Shown here piece by piece: positions 38,616-49,196 of a DNA stretch of 64,000 bases. The stretch is from NCBI GenBank assembly GCA_026400755.1, contig JAPLOM010000011.1:135501-199500 (forward strand), given 5' to 3'. The first letter of the stretch is position 1. Every line of letters begins with the position of its first letter. This DNA is from Alphaproteobacteria bacterium. Its GTDB lineage: Bacteria > Pseudomonadota > Alphaproteobacteria > CADEGL01. Position numbers and translations under genes: made by a program. The notes under the pieces were generated by a model. The model did not search any database, was not told the DNA's origin, and saw only the letters and a list, made by a program, of their open reading frames with translations.

Positions 38616-39235
38616 ATATCGATGATTTTCAAAAGGCTACGGGCGTTTCACGTGAAACTCGGGATCGGCTCTCGCATTATGCGGAACTTCTCCTCCGTTG
38701 GAACCACGCCATCAACCTGGTTGCCAACGGCAGCCTCAAGGATTTGTGGAAGCGCCACTTCCTGGATTCGGCCCAATTACTCCCCCTCATTCCGACAGAA
38801 GGCCCGGACGACGTGGTTGATTTTGGTTCGGGCGCCGGCTTTCCAGGGCTGGTGTTAGCCATCATGGGCGCTGGCCAAGTTCACTTGATCGAACGGGACG
38901 AACGCAAATGCGCCTTCTTACGAGAAGTCGCCCATAAGACGGCGGCGCCCATCACGGTTCACAACATGGACCTTAATAAGGTGACGCCCTGGCCGGTCAA
39001 AGCCGTGACAGCGCGCGCCTTTGCCCCTCTCTCCAACCTCCTGCCCTTTGCCGCGCCGTTCATCGACCAGGGCGCGTTAGGGCTTTTTCTCAAAGGCAAG
39101 ACGCTCGACGATGAATTGACCCAGTCATCGAAAGAGTGGAGAATCCTGGCTGATCGCGTTCCGAGCGCAAGCGATCCGGCGGGCTGCATCCTTCGGGTAC
39201 GGAAGCTAGGACATGATCATTCAAAATCAGACTGA
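38612..39235 (+). CDS. rsmG: 16S rRNA (guanine527-N7)-methyltransferase RsmG (GidB)
   Basis: TTG start overlapping the mnmG stop. Conserved VSRET...LLLRWN motifs and SAM site [13 protein letters not shown]. Confidence 0.85.
   Translation: MNIDDFQKATGVSRETRDRLSHYAELLLRWNHAINLVANGSLKDLWKRHFLDSAQLLPLIPTEGPDDVVDFGSGAGFPGLVLAIMGAGQVHLIERDERKCAFLREVAHKTAAPITVHNMDLNKVTPWPVKAVTARAFAPLSNLLPFAAPFIDQGALGLFLKGKTLDDELTQSSKEWRILADRVPSASDPAGCILRVRKLGHDHSKSD
38644..38659. promoter_or_regulatory. parS-like site 3 (CGTTTCACGTGAAACT, 14/16) inside the rsmG 5' coding region
   Basis: The 14-bp palindromic core GTTTCACGTGAAAC encodes the conserved GidB VSRET motif. Confidence 0.45.
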
Positions 39236-40043
39236 GTCCTCTATGGTGGTGGAGCCGATCAAGGCGCCGACCCGAATTCTCGCAATCGCCAACCAGAAAG
39301 GCGGCGTGGGAAAGACCACCACGGCGGTCAATCTGGGTACGGCCCTGGCCGCTGTGGGTGAGAAGGTTCTCCTGATCGATCTCGATCCGCAGGGAAACGC
39401 CAGCACGGGTCTAGGCATTGATCGGCGCGATCGCGGGGTCGGGACCTATCACGTCGTGATCGAAGGCGTGGACGCGAAAAGCGCGATCCTTCCGACAACC
39501 ATCCCGAATCTCAGCGTGATTTCATCGTCGGTCGATCTGTCAGGCGCCGAATTGGAACTCGTGGGGCTCCCTAATCGCGAACACCGGTTGCGGGAGGCCA
39601 TTCGCCAGATTTCCGATTCCTACAGCTATATCCTGATCGACTGTCCGCCTGCGTTGGGTCTTCTAACGCTCAACGCCTTTTCGGCAGCCGACGCTGTTCT
39701 GGTCCCGCTGCAATGTGAATTCTATGCGCTTGAAGGCTTAAGCCATTTGGTGCGGACCATCGAGCGCGTCAAACGCGCGTTCAACCCGCGGCTAGAGATA
39801 CAAGGGCTCGTGTTGACCATGTTCGATAAACGCAACAGCTTGTGTGATCTGGTCGCAAGCGATGTGCGGCAACATTTCGGAGACAAGGTCTATCAGACCG
39901 TCATTCCGCGCAATGTGCGTGTCTCTGAAGCGCCCTCCCACGGTAAGCCCGTGCTGCTCTACGACTTCAAATGCGCCGGGTCCCAGGCTTACATCCATTT
40001 GGCCAGCGAGGTCATTCGCCGCGAACAGGCGCTGCGCGCATGA
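39213..40043 (+). CDS. parA: chromosome partitioning ATPase ParA
   Basis: Deviant Walker A is IANQKGGVGKTTTAVNLG. An alternative start is the ATG at about 39243. The ORF start overlaps the rsmG end. Confidence 0.9.
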   Translation: MIIQNQTESSMVVEPIKAPTRILAIANQKGGVGKTTTAVNLGTALAAVGEKVLLIDLDPQGNASTGLGIDRRDRGVGTYHVVIEGVDAKSAILPTTIPNLSVISSSVDLSGAELELVGLPNREHRLREAIRQISDSYSYILIDCPPALGLLTLNAFSAADAVLVPLQCEFYALEGLSHLVRTIERVKRAFNPRLEIQGLVLTMFDKRNSLCDLVASDVRQHFGDKVYQTVIPRNVRVSEAPSHGKPVLLYDFKCAGSQAYIHLASEVIRREQALRA

Positions 40044-40909
40044 ACACCGACGACAAGCGCCGGCACTTGGGTCGAGGCCTTTCGGCTCTCCTGGGTGACG
40101 ATGGGATAGAGACCGCCTCGTCGGACGCATCCCGCCCGCCCCGTTTCGTCGCCCTCGACCTATTGCGTCCCGGCCGGTTCCAACCACGCCGCCGCTTCGT
40201 CCAGGAAGAGATGGATTCGCTCGAAGCATCGATCCGCGAAAAGGGCGTCATCCAACCGATCCTCGTCCGTAAAACGAGCGATCAGGCTTACGAAATCATC
40301 GCCGGAGAACGCCGCTGGCGGGCGGCCCAGCGCGCAGGCCTGCACGAGCTGCCGGTCGTCGTCCGCGAATTGAACGACCGCGAAGCGCTGGAAATTGCCC
40401 TGGTCGAAAACGTCCAACGCGCCGATCTCTCGCCCATCGAGGAGGCGCTCGGCTATCAACGTCTAATGACCGAGTTCGATCATACGCAGGAGCAGCTGTC
40501 GAAAGTGGTCGGCAAAAGCCGCAGCCACGTTGCCAACCTGCTCCGTCTTCTCGACCTTCCGCCTGGCGTCAAAACGCTGCTTGATGGTGGCAAGATCTCA
40601 GCGGGTCATGCGCGCGCGCTTCTAGGCGTCGAAAACGCCGAAACGCTGGCGCGCCAGATCGTGGCGCGGAATCTCAATGTCCGTCAGACCGAGCGACTGA
40701 CCCAGCTCGGAAAAAAGCGGAATGCGAGAAAGCAGACCTTGTCCGCCAAGGACACGGACACGCTGGCGCTCGAACGTGAATTGTCGGCGTTGCTTGGCCT
40801 CAAGGTAACACTGAAGCCGTCCGGCAAAGCGGGCGACCTGTCCATCCGCTACGAAAGCCTCGAGCAGCTCGATGATGTCGTTCAGCGCCTGAGCGCGAAG
40901 CCCGCCTAG
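40040..40909 (+). CDS. parB: chromosome partitioning protein ParB
   Basis: MNTDDKRRHLGRGLSALL..., the ParB box GERRWRAA and an HTH; 289 aa. ATGA overlap with the parA stop. Confidence 0.9.
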   Translation: MNTDDKRRHLGRGLSALLGDDGIETASSDASRPPRFVALDLLRPGRFQPRRRFVQEEMDSLEASIREKGVIQPILVRKTSDQAYEIIAGERRWRAAQRAGLHELPVVVRELNDREALEIALVENVQRADLSPIEEALGYQRLMTEFDHTQEQLSKVVGKSRSHVANLLRLLDLPPGVKTLLDGGKISAGHARALLGVENAETLARQIVARNLNVRQTERLTQLGKKRNARKQTLSAKDTDTLALERELSALLGLKVTLKPSGKAGDLSIRYESLEQLDDVVQRLSAKPA

Positions 40910-41940
40910 TTTCGCCGGGCCGCGCGCCCGGCGGCCTGGGCGATCTCCATCAACGCACGATTGCAAATCGCTTCGGCCGGTAAGCCCGTGGTCTTGCAGC
41001 GCAGCTCCGCTTCCATCAACCGCGAGAATGCACGCAACAAAGCGTCTCGTTTCCATCGGCGAACTTGACCGGAAAATGCCGCGAGCCGCTTGAAAAATAT
41101 GGGTGGGCGCAGCGAGCCAACGGCTTGCTCCGCCGACCCGCCATTGTAAATTTGCGACACGACGACCATCAGCCGCTCGACATGGCGCATGGCGGCCCGG
41201 ACCATCACCACCGGCATCAAATTGTCGGCATAGGCGCGCGCCAACGCGGTGTCGAGCGCGGCCTGGTCACCGCCGAATGCAGCAAAGCACACATCATCGA
41301 TCGAGGCTTCGTTCGCGTCGCCGACCACGGCCTCGACGTCGGCCTCCTCGACCACCGCACCCGGGCCAACATAAGAAACGAGCTTGGCCAATTCGGCGCG
41401 GCTCAACATCCGATCGGCACCGAGACGTTCCAGCAGCATGGCGCGCGCGCCCGGCGAAACGCGAATTTTCTCCGCCTCCAAACTGGCACGAATTACGCCG
41501 TCCAGGGCTTCGCCGTCATCGGTGTAACACGGAACGGCGGCCGCATTCCCCGCGCCTTCGAACAGGCGGCGCAGAGCGGAACGCTTGGGTAAGTCGCCCG
41601 CCTCGACGACGACAAGCGCCTCCATATCGCCGTTATCCAAGAGACGGGTGCATGCTTCAGCACAATCATCGCGCCCGTCGCGCACGCGAACGACGCGCCG
41701 CCCGCCACCGAACGGCATGGCCGAAGCCTCGTCGCGCAAGCGTGCGGGATCGTCCTTGAGATTCGCACCGACGAGTTCGGACAGGCGGAATGGATCGTCC
41801 TTGCCGCCCATTCCGAACTGAACCAGCGACGTCGCGCGCTCGCGCACCAAGCCGAGATCCGGACCATAGACCAGGACGGCCAGCATTTTCGGGTCTGGCT
41901 TGCGAGCGAAAGCGTCGGCGCGTTGGGCGGAAATCTTCAT
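40906..41940 (-). CDS. holA: DNA polymerase III delta subunit
   Basis: 344 aa with an N-terminal delta domain. It converges on parB with a 4-bp overlap. The leuS-lptE-holA order is conserved. Confidence 0.8.
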   Translation of the reverse strand: MKISAQRADAFARKPDPKMLAVLVYGPDLGLVRERATSLVQFGMGGKDDPFRLSELVGANLKDDPARLRDEASAMPFGGGRRVVRVRDGRDDCAEACTRLLDNGDMEALVVVEAGDLPKRSALRRLFEGAGNAAAVPCYTDDGEALDGVIRASLEAEKIRVSPGARAMLLERLGADRMLSRAELAKLVSYVGPGAVVEEADVEAVVGDANEASIDDVCFAAFGGDQAALDTALARAYADNLMPVVMVRAAMRHVERLMVVVSQIYNGGSAEQAVGSLRPPIFFKRLAAFSGQVRRWKRDALLRAFSRLMEAELRCKTTGLPAEAICNRALMEIAQAAGRAARRN

Positions 41941-41959
41941 TGCGGATGCATCCGCACGC

Positions 41960-42469
41960 CTACTTCCCGGAGTTCAACTTGTTGAAGTAGGCGGCCAACT
42001 GCAACTTCATGTCTTCGGCGACGACGCGCACGCCGCGCCGTCTTGCATCCTGCTCGGCGCTGACGGTGGCAAAGCCCGAGGTCGTGATGTTGTAGCTCAT
42101 GGTGACGCGGCTGACGCCGGTGAAGAGCGGCGCGCCATCCTGCAGTTTCGCGAGCGTGAAGGTGGAAATAATCTCGAGGCTCGCGCGCGAGGTGGTTTCG
42201 TCCTTTGCGATCGCGACCTGATTCAAGCTTTCGTTCAGCTTGACCTGAAGCCCGTACTTTTGTTCGACGGCCGAAGCGCCCTTTGGCGTCAGCTCGACCT
42301 GCAGGTCGTTGCGAAGTTGCTGGCCCGTGCGGTCGGCAATGATATTGATACGCGTCGCCGCCAAATCGTCGGGCGCCGCCTTGCCGTCCTTCTTACCGTA
42401 AAGCGGTTGGAAACCGCAGGCGGCAGTCAGAAGCAAAGCGCCGATGACGATGGCTCTAGACCACCACAT
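41960..42469 (-). CDS. lptE: LPS-assembly lipoprotein LptE
   Basis: An internal ATG gives [20 protein letters not shown] with a lipobox. It lies directly downstream of leuS. Confidence 0.75.
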   Translation of the reverse strand: MWWSRAIVIGALLLTAACGFQPLYGKKDGKAAPDDLAATRINIIADRTGQQLRNDLQVELTPKGASAVEQKYGLQVKLNESLNQVAIAKDETTSRASLEIISTFTLAKLQDGAPLFTGVSRVTMSYNITTSGFATVSAEQDARRRGVRVVAEDMKLQLAAYFNKLNSGK

Positions 42470-45020
42470 TGATGATCCGGTTCGGCACAACGATGACCTG
42501 CCGCACGTTGCGTTCGGCGACCAGCTTGTTGACCGCGGGCAAGGCCAGCGCAGCGGCCCGCGCATCTTCCTCGCCCGTGTCCCGTGCCAACTCGATCGTG
42601 CCGCGCAATTTTCCATTCACCTGTACCGCGATCTTCACGTTGTCGTCGACCACCAGCAAGGGGTCGGCCTTGGGCCACGCCGTCTCCGACAACAACGTCT
42701 CATGGCCCAGGACGTGCCACATCTCCTCAGCGATGTGCGGCATCATCGGCCCGATCAGCTGGGTGAGCGCTTCCAGGCTTTCGCGCAATGCCCAGGGCGC
42801 GCCGGCCGACTTGAGATCGAGGTCGAATAAGACGTTGCTCAGCTCGCGCACGCGCGCGACCGCGCGGTTGAAGCGGAACTTCTCCAGATCTTCCGTCACC
42901 GCCGCGATCGTCTTGTGGGTCGCGCGTCGTGCGGCCATGGCCGCGTCCGACAAGGTTTCCGGCACTTTCGCGCCTGATGGCGGCAATGGCTGCGCGGGCT
43001 CGGTGACCAGGCGGTAAAGCCGGCCGAGATAGCGCCAGGCGCCCTCGACGCCGGCTTCGCTCCATTCCAGATCGCGCTCGGGCGGGCTGTCGGACAGCAT
43101 GAACAGCCGCGCCGTGTCCGCGCCGAATGTGTCGATGATCGCGCTGGGCGCCACCACGTTCTTCTTTGACTTGCTCATTACCTCGCGGCGGCCGACCGTC
43201 ACGTGCTTGCCCGTGGCGGTCTCGATGACCGCGCCATCCGCGCGTTTCTCGATCTCTTCAGGATAGAGCCACTTGCCGTCCTCGCTCCGGTAGGATTCGT
43301 GGCAGACCATGCCCTGGGTGAACAGGCCGGCGAATGGCTCATCCAGATTGAGATGTCCTGTCACCTGCATCGCCCGGGTGAAGAAGCGCGAATAGAGAAG
43401 GTGCAAAATGGCGTGCTCGACGCCGCCAATATACTGGTCAACTGGCAGCCAGTAATCGACCGCGCCGCGCTCAACCGGCACCGCCGCGCGCGGTGAACAA
43501 AAGCGGGCGAAATACCAGGACGAATCGACGAAGGTGTCGAATGTGTCCGTCTCGCGCCGGGCGGCTTTGCCGCAAGTGGGACAAGCGACATGCTTCCAGG
43601 TCGGATGGTGATCCAGCGGGTTGCCCGGCTTGTCGAAGGTCACGTCGTCGGGCAGCAGGACGGGCAGATCCTTGGTCGGCACGGGAATCGTGCCGCAGGA
43701 GTCGCAATGAATGACCGGGATCGGGCAGCCCCAATAGCGCTGGCGCGAAACGCCCCAGTCGCGCAGGCGGTAGACGGTGGCGCCGCGGCCGTGCTTCTCC
43801 GCCTCGAAGCGCTTGATGGCTGCGCTTATGGCGTTGTCCACGTCGAGACCGTCGAGGAACTCGGAGTTGTAGATCTTGCCCGGGCCGACATAGGCCTCGG
43901 TACCAATCTCGAAAGTCTTCGAATCGCCGTCGGGCGGTAGCACGACCGGGATGACGGGCAGCTCGTACTTGCGCGCGAAGTCCAGATCGCGCTGGTCATG
44001 GCCGGGGCAGCCGAAGATGGCGCCCGTGCCGTACTCCATCAGCACGAAATTGGCGACATAGACCGGTAGCTCCACTGACGGACGGAAGGGATGCCGCACG
44101 CGCAGGCCGGTGTCGTAGCCCTTCTTCTCCTGCTGCTCCAGAGTGGCTTCGCTGGTGCCCGAACGGTTGCACTCCGCCACGAAGTCGCGAAGCTTCGCAT
44201 CGTTGCGCGCCAATTCCTCGGTCAGCGAATGGTTGGGCGACAGCGCCATGAACGAAGCGCCATAGATGGTGTCGGGCCGCGTGCTGAAAACCTCAAGCCG
44301 GCCGTCGCGCCCGACAAAGTCGAACTGCATATAGGCGCCCTGGCTCTTGCCGATCCAATTCTCCTGCATGAGCCGGACCTTGTCGGGCCAGCGATCGAGG
44401 CGGCCGAGGGACTTCAGCAGATCGTCGGTGAAAGCCGTGATCTTGAAGAACCACTGCGACAGCTTGCGCTTTTCAACGGGTGCGCCCGAGCGCCAGCCGC
44501 GCCCATCGATGACCTGCTCGTTGGCCAGCACTGTATGGTCGACGGGATCCCAGTTGACGAAAGATTCCTTGCGATAGGCCAGACCGGCCTGAAGGAAGTC
44601 GAGGAACAGTCTCTGCTGGTGCGCGTAATAGCCTGGATGGCAGGTCGCGATTTCGCGGCTCCAGTCGAGCGACAGGCCCATGCGCTTCAGTTCGCCGCGC
44701 ATGGTGGCGATATTGTCGTAGGTCCATTTTGCGGGATGGACTTTCTGCTCGCGGGCGGCGTTTTCGGCTGGTAGACCGAACGCGTCCCAGCCCATGGGGT
44801 GCAGGACGTTGAAACCCCGCGCGCGCTTATAGCGGGCGACCACGTCGCCAAGCGTGTAGTTCCGTACATGCCCCATGTGGATTCGGCCCGAGGGGTATGG
44901 GAACATTTCAAGAACATAATACTTTGGCCGGCTGCTATCGGCCTTTACGGCGAAGGTGCCGCGCTGCTCCCACAGGCGCTGCCATTTTTCCTCGGTCTCA
45001 GCGAAATTGTACCGCGCCAT
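42456..45020 (-). CDS. leuS: leucine--tRNA ligase
   Basis: 854 aa with the HMGH motif ([15 protein letters not shown]) and the KMSKS motif (VMSKSKKN). Confidence 0.95.
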   Translation of the reverse strand: MARYNFAETEEKWQRLWEQRGTFAVKADSSRPKYYVLEMFPYPSGRIHMGHVRNYTLGDVVARYKRARGFNVLHPMGWDAFGLPAENAAREQKVHPAKWTYDNIATMRGELKRMGLSLDWSREIATCHPGYYAHQQRLFLDFLQAGLAYRKESFVNWDPVDHTVLANEQVIDGRGWRSGAPVEKRKLSQWFFKITAFTDDLLKSLGRLDRWPDKVRLMQENWIGKSQGAYMQFDFVGRDGRLEVFSTRPDTIYGASFMALSPNHSLTEELARNDAKLRDFVAECNRSGTSEATLEQQEKKGYDTGLRVRHPFRPSVELPVYVANFVLMEYGTGAIFGCPGHDQRDLDFARKYELPVIPVVLPPDGDSKTFEIGTEAYVGPGKIYNSEFLDGLDVDNAISAAIKRFEAEKHGRGATVYRLRDWGVSRQRYWGCPIPVIHCDSCGTIPVPTKDLPVLLPDDVTFDKPGNPLDHHPTWKHVACPTCGKAARRETDTFDTFVDSSWYFARFCSPRAAVPVERGAVDYWLPVDQYIGGVEHAILHLLYSRFFTRAMQVTGHLNLDEPFAGLFTQGMVCHESYRSEDGKWLYPEEIEKRADGAVIETATGKHVTVGRREVMSKSKKNVVAPSAIIDTFGADTARLFMLSDSPPERDLEWSEAGVEGAWRYLGRLYRLVTEPAQPLPPSGAKVPETLSDAAMAARRATHKTIAAVTEDLEKFRFNRAVARVRELSNVLFDLDLKSAGAPWALRESLEALTQLIGPMMPHIAEEMWHVLGHETLLSETAWPKADPLLVVDDNVKIAVQVNGKLRGTIELARDTGEEDARAAALALPAVNKLVAERNVRQVIVVPNRIINVVV

Positions 45021-45082
45021 TCGAACTCGTCTCTCAGGGATAGGTCGGGCATTGGAGCAGACTTAACCGCCCCGGCCCGGAC

Positions 45083-45568
45083 TTATTGGGGTACTTCGGC
45101 GCGCAACTGGCGTCCGCGGGCCAAAATCGTGTCTTCCAGGCTGCGTGCGGTATTGGGCTCCACCGTGGCATCGACCCAGGCGCCTTGCGGGTTCTTGGTC
45201 TGGCGGAACACCACCGCGCGCAAGGCATCTGGCCGCAACTGGCGGCTGGTCACGAACACGTTGACCTTGAAGCGCTCGTTCGGCGTCTCGGGTGGGGCAT
45301 ACCAGTCGGTGATCAGGACGCCGCCGGTGGAATCGGCCGAAGCCAAAGGCATAAAGGAGACGGTTTCCAGCGCCGCGCGCCACAGAAACGTGTTGACCGC
45401 GGGCGCCACGCCGCCACCCTGCAGGGGCGTACCGAAATGCGTGTAGCCGTCGGCGCCTTGGGTGCCCTGCTGCTGCGGAGGGGTTTTGCTGCAAGCGGCG
45501 AGCGCGGCCAATAGGATGGCGGCGGCAAGGGCGGAGAGGACCGGACGGGTTTGCGAGATCAGAGGCAA
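45083..45568 (-). CDS. DUF3576-like lipoprotein
   Basis: The ORF track gives 45083-45655. A probable TTG start at about 45568 sits after tandem AAGGAG, followed by a lipoprotein signal LSALAAAILLAALAAC. Confidence 0.55.
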   Translation of the reverse strand: MPLISQTRPVLSALAAAILLAALAACSKTPPQQQGTQGADGYTHFGTPLQGGGVAPAVNTFLWRAALETVSFMPLASADSTGGVLITDWYAPPETPNERFKVNVFVTSRQLRPDALRAVVFRQTKNPQGAWVDATVEPNTARSLEDTILARGRQLRAEVPQ

Positions 45569-45744
45569 CTCCTTGAACTCCTTAGCAAGTTTCCATACCC
45601 CCACGGCGACCCGAAAACCGGCGCGATCATAGTGCAAGCCTATCGCGCAGAACAACTGGATGACGCTGTGTCTCGGTTACCTTGCCTTCATGCTCCGGAT
45701 ATGGGATTGCCGGGAACGTTCCCGACCGGCCCCCGCAGTCAGCG

Positions 45745-47625
45745 ATGTCCTCCATGACCGACGGCGATTCCGTCCGACCTTTCCATGTCGCCATTGTGGG
45801 CCATGTCGATCACGGCAAATCCACGCTGGTCGGCCGGCTTTTGCACGAAACCGGCGCTTTGCCCGAGGGCAAGCTGGCCGAAGTCGAGGCCGTCTGCCGC
45901 CGGCGAAACATGCCGTTCGAATGGGCCTTCGTCACCGACGCGCTTCAGCCCGAGCGTGACCAGGGCATCACCATCGACGTCAGCTATATCCGTTTCCGCA
46001 CACCGCGCCGCGGCTATGTGCTGGTGGACGCGCCGGGTCACCGCGAATTCCTCAAGAACATGATCACCGGCGCGGCCGCGTGCGATGGCGCGGTGCTCGT
46101 GGTCGACGCGGCCGAAGGCGTGCGCGAGCAGACGCGGCGCCATGGTTATCTCTTGGCGCTCATGGGTGTGGCGCAGGTCGCTGTGGCGGTGACCAAGATG
46201 GATATGATCGGCTGCGACCAGGCGCGATTCGATAGTATCGCGCGCGAAGTGCGTTCCTATCTCGCCGATATCGGCGTCGCGGCCGACACCGTAACCCCCG
46301 TGTCGGCGCGCGACGGCGACAATGTCGGCGCGCGATCCGCGCGCATGCCCTGGTATGGGGGCCCGACCGTGCTGGAGGCGCTCGATAGCTTCGAGGCGCG
46401 CGCGCCGTTAGACGACATGCCGTTGCGCCTCCCGGTCCAGGACGTCTATCGCTTCGACCAGCGCCGCATCATCGCCGGCCGCGTCGAGACCGGGCGGCTC
46501 AAGGTCGGCGATATGCTTCTGTTCTCGCCGTCGAACCTGAGCGCACGCGTCAAGACGATCGAATCCTGGAACCGCGACGGCGTGCCCGTGGAAGGGCGCG
46601 CGGGCGAATCGGTCGGCTTCACACTGGAAGACCAGATTTTCGTCGAGCGCGGTGAGATCGCCAGCCACCTTGACCGTGCGCCGGTCGAAACCAACGTTTT
46701 CCGCGCCCGCCTGTTCTGGCTGGGCAAAGAGCCGCTTGCGCGTGGCCGCACCTACACGCTGAAACTCTGCACGCGCCAGATTCCGGTGGAGGTGCAGTCG
46801 ATCGACAAGGTCATCGACACCACGAATCTCTCGGCCAGCGCCGCCGACCAGGTCGAGCGCAACGCAGTAGCGGAAGTCGTCTTGCGCACGCGCGCCATGC
46901 TCGCGCTCGATTCCTTCGCCGACAATCCGCGCACCGGCCGCTTTGTGCTGGTCGATGGCTACGATGTCGTGGGTGGCGGCATCATCAGCATGGAAGGCTA
47001 TCCCAACCAGCGCCAGCAGATCACGGTGCGCTCGACCAACGTCTCGGTCGTGGCGCACGGCGTGACCGAGGCCATGCGCACGCGCCAGAACCGCCATTCC
47101 GGCGGCGTCCTCTGGCTCACGGGCCTTTCGGGCGCGGGCAAATCGACGCTCGCGATCGAGCTCGAGATGCGCCTGTTCAAGGAAGGCTACCTGGTCTACG
47201 TGCTGGATGGCGACAACGTCCGGCGTGGTCTCAACGCCAATCTCGGCTTCTCGCCCGAGGACCGGTCGGAGAACATCCGTCGGGTGGGCGAGGTCGCGGC
47301 CCTGTTCGCGGAAGCTGGCTTCATCTGCATCACGGCCTTCATCTCGCCCTATCGCAGCGACCGCGACCGCGCGCGCACGGCGGGCAGCAGCAAGTTCCAC
47401 GAGATCTATGTGAAGGCCGATCTGTCGGTCTGCGAAGGCCGCGACCCCAAGGGTCTCTACAAACGCGCCCGGCGCGGCGAGATCGCGGACTTCACGGGAA
47501 TCTCGGCGCCCTACGAAGAACCTGACGGACCCGAGCTCGTGCTGGATACCAGCGCCGCGAGCGTGGACGATTCACTCAAGACGCTTTTGGATTACGTCAA
47601 ACGCAATTTCCGCGTGCGGGACTGA
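45745..47625 (+). CDS. cysNC: bifunctional sulfate adenylyltransferase subunit 1 / adenylylsulfate kinase (CysN-CysC fusion, NodQ-like)
   Basis: N-terminal GTPase motifs GHVDHGKST and DAPGH, then a CysN beta-barrel region, then a C-terminal APS kinase with P-loop [11 protein letters not shown]. No cysD is adjacent. Confidence 0.85.
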   Translation: MSSMTDGDSVRPFHVAIVGHVDHGKSTLVGRLLHETGALPEGKLAEVEAVCRRRNMPFEWAFVTDALQPERDQGITIDVSYIRFRTPRRGYVLVDAPGHREFLKNMITGAAACDGAVLVVDAAEGVREQTRRHGYLLALMGVAQVAVAVTKMDMIGCDQARFDSIAREVRSYLADIGVAADTVTPVSARDGDNVGARSARMPWYGGPTVLEALDSFEARAPLDDMPLRLPVQDVYRFDQRRIIAGRVETGRLKVGDMLLFSPSNLSARVKTIESWNRDGVPVEGRAGESVGFTLEDQIFVERGEIASHLDRAPVETNVFRARLFWLGKEPLARGRTYTLKLCTRQIPVEVQSIDKVIDTTNLSASAADQVERNAVAEVVLRTRAMLALDSFADNPRTGRFVLVDGYDVVGGGIISMEGYPNQRQQITVRSTNVSVVAHGVTEAMRTRQNRHSGGVLWLTGLSGAGKSTLAIELEMRLFKEGYLVYVLDGDNVRRGLNANLGFSPEDRSENIRRVGEVAALFAEAGFICITAFISPYRSDRDRARTAGSSKFHEIYVKADLSVCEGRDPKGLYKRARRGEIADFTGISAPYEEPDGPELVLDTSAASVDDSLKTLLDYVKRNFRVRD

Positions 47626-47635
47626 TACGCAGGCC

Positions 47636-48337
47636 ATGCCTATGACCGACGTGCCGACGCAGGACGATGTGGCGGTCAATCTGGCCGACGTGAAGGCGCG
47701 CATGGCGGCGGTGGCCAAGAGCGCCGGGCGCGTGCCGGCGGACGTGGCGCTGGTGGCCGTCTCGAAGACCCATCCGGCGGAACGTGTGCGCATCGTCCTG
47801 GCCGCGGGGCAGCGTGTGTTCGGCGAGAACCGGGTCCAGGAGGCCATGGCGAAATTCCCGGCGCTCAAGGACCAGCATCCAGACCTTCGCCTCCATTTGA
47901 TCGGGCCGTTGCAGAGCAACAAGGTGAAAGAGGCCATCGCGCTGTTCGACGCCATCGAAAGCGTGGACCGTCCAAAGCTGGCTGCTTCACTTGCCGAACA
48001 GATGGCGAAGAGTGGCCGGCGGCCCGACTGCTACATTCAGGTCAACACCGGCGCCGAGCCGCAGAAGGCTGGCATCCTTCCAGCCGAGGCTGACGCGTTC
48101 ATCCGCGCCTGTCGCGAGACGCACGGGCTGCCACTCAAGGGCCTTATGTGCATTCCGCCGGTGGAAGAGGCGGCCTCGATCCATTTCGCGCTTCTGCGCG
48201 AGATCGCGCGCCGCAACGGCTTGTCCAAGCTCAGCATGGGCATGAGCGGCGATTTCGAGGAAGCCATCCGCTTCGGCGCCACGCTGGTGCGTGTCGGCTC
48301 GGCCATCTTCGGCGCCCGCCCGCGTCCGCAGGAGTGA
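47636..48337 (+). CDS. yggS: YggS-family pyridoxal-phosphate homeostasis protein
   Basis: 233 aa with a TIM-barrel PLP-binding Lys in LVAVSKTHP. Confidence 0.85.
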   Translation: MPMTDVPTQDDVAVNLADVKARMAAVAKSAGRVPADVALVAVSKTHPAERVRIVLAAGQRVFGENRVQEAMAKFPALKDQHPDLRLHLIGPLQSNKVKEAIALFDAIESVDRPKLAASLAEQMAKSGRRPDCYIQVNTGAEPQKAGILPAEADAFIRACRETHGLPLKGLMCIPPVEEAASIHFALLREIARRNGLSKLSMGMSGDFEEAIRFGATLVRVGSAIFGARPRPQE

Positions 48338-48341
48338 CGCT

Positions 48342-49196
48342 ATGACGGTCTACCACGCGTTCGACCAAGCCGCGCTCGATGCGCAGTACAACTGCCGCGC
48401 CATGGTGCCGGAGCATCCGCGCCATATCGAAGGCTGGGCGCACGACAGCGAAGCGGTGCGAACAGCGCACCCGGACGCGCGGCTCGACCTCGCCTATGGG
48501 TCGGGCGAGCGGGAGAGGCTCGATTTCTTTCCGGCTCAGCCAGGTGCGCCCCTGCATCTTTTCATCCATGGCGGCTATTGGCGCGCGCTCGACAAGGCGA
48601 ACTTCAGCTATCCGGCCGCGGCCTTCGCCTCCGCCGGCGTCGCCTATGCGGCCATCAACTATCCGTTGGCGCCGCGCGCGTCTGTCGATGTGATCGTCGC
48701 GAGCGTCCGCCGTGCTCTTGCGTGGCTGATCGGTCATGCCGGCGAGTTGGGCGTCGATCCGGCGGGCATCAGCCTCTCCGGCCATTCCGCGGGCGGGCAT
48801 CTGACCGCCATGGCGTTGGCCGATCCGGCGCTGCCGCGCGGCGCGGTGAGAGGGGCCGTGCCCATCAGCGGCCTCTACGATCTGGAACCGATCCGCCTCA
48901 GCTACCTCAATGGCGAGCTCGGCCTCGATGCGGCCGCGGCGCGGCGCAATTCGCCGATCCACGCCGCGCCGTCGGTCCGCTGCCCGGTCCTCCTGGCCGT
49001 GGGCGGGCGCGAATCGCCCGAGTTTCACCGTCAACAGGCGTCGTTCGCCGACGCGTGGCGGGGGCAATGCGCGGGCATGGAGACGATGATCTCGGCCGGC
49101 GACGATCACTTCTCCATCGTCGGGCATCTGGGCGATCCGGGCAGCGCCCTTTTTCGTGCCGTCGCCCGTCTCGCGCGGGGCGAAGCGTCCGCATGA
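48342..49196 (+). CDS. alpha/beta hydrolase (arylformamidase / esterase-like)
   Basis: An internal ATG (MTVYHAFDQ...), an HGGYW oxyanion-hole motif and a GHSAGG nucleophile elbow. Confidence 0.75.
   Translation: MTVYHAFDQAALDAQYNCRAMVPEHPRHIEGWAHDSEAVRTAHPDARLDLAYGSGERERLDFFPAQPGAPLHLFIHGGYWRALDKANFSYPAAAFASAGVAYAAINYPLAPRASVDVIVASVRRALAWLIGHAGELGVDPAGISLSGHSAGGHLTAMALADPALPRGAVRGAVPISGLYDLEPIRLSYLNGELGLDAAAARRNSPIHAAPSVRCPVLLAVGGRESPEFHRQQASFADAWRGQCAGMETMISAGDDHFSIVGHLGDPGSALFRAVARLARGEASA

Noticed and set aside
38644-38659. Whether the third parS-like palindrome inside rsmG is a real ParB site.
   Set aside because: It is not rejected outright, but down-weighted. The palindrome is forced by the conserved GidB VSRET peptide, so its presence may be a coding coincidence. 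It is kept as a low-confidence feature only.
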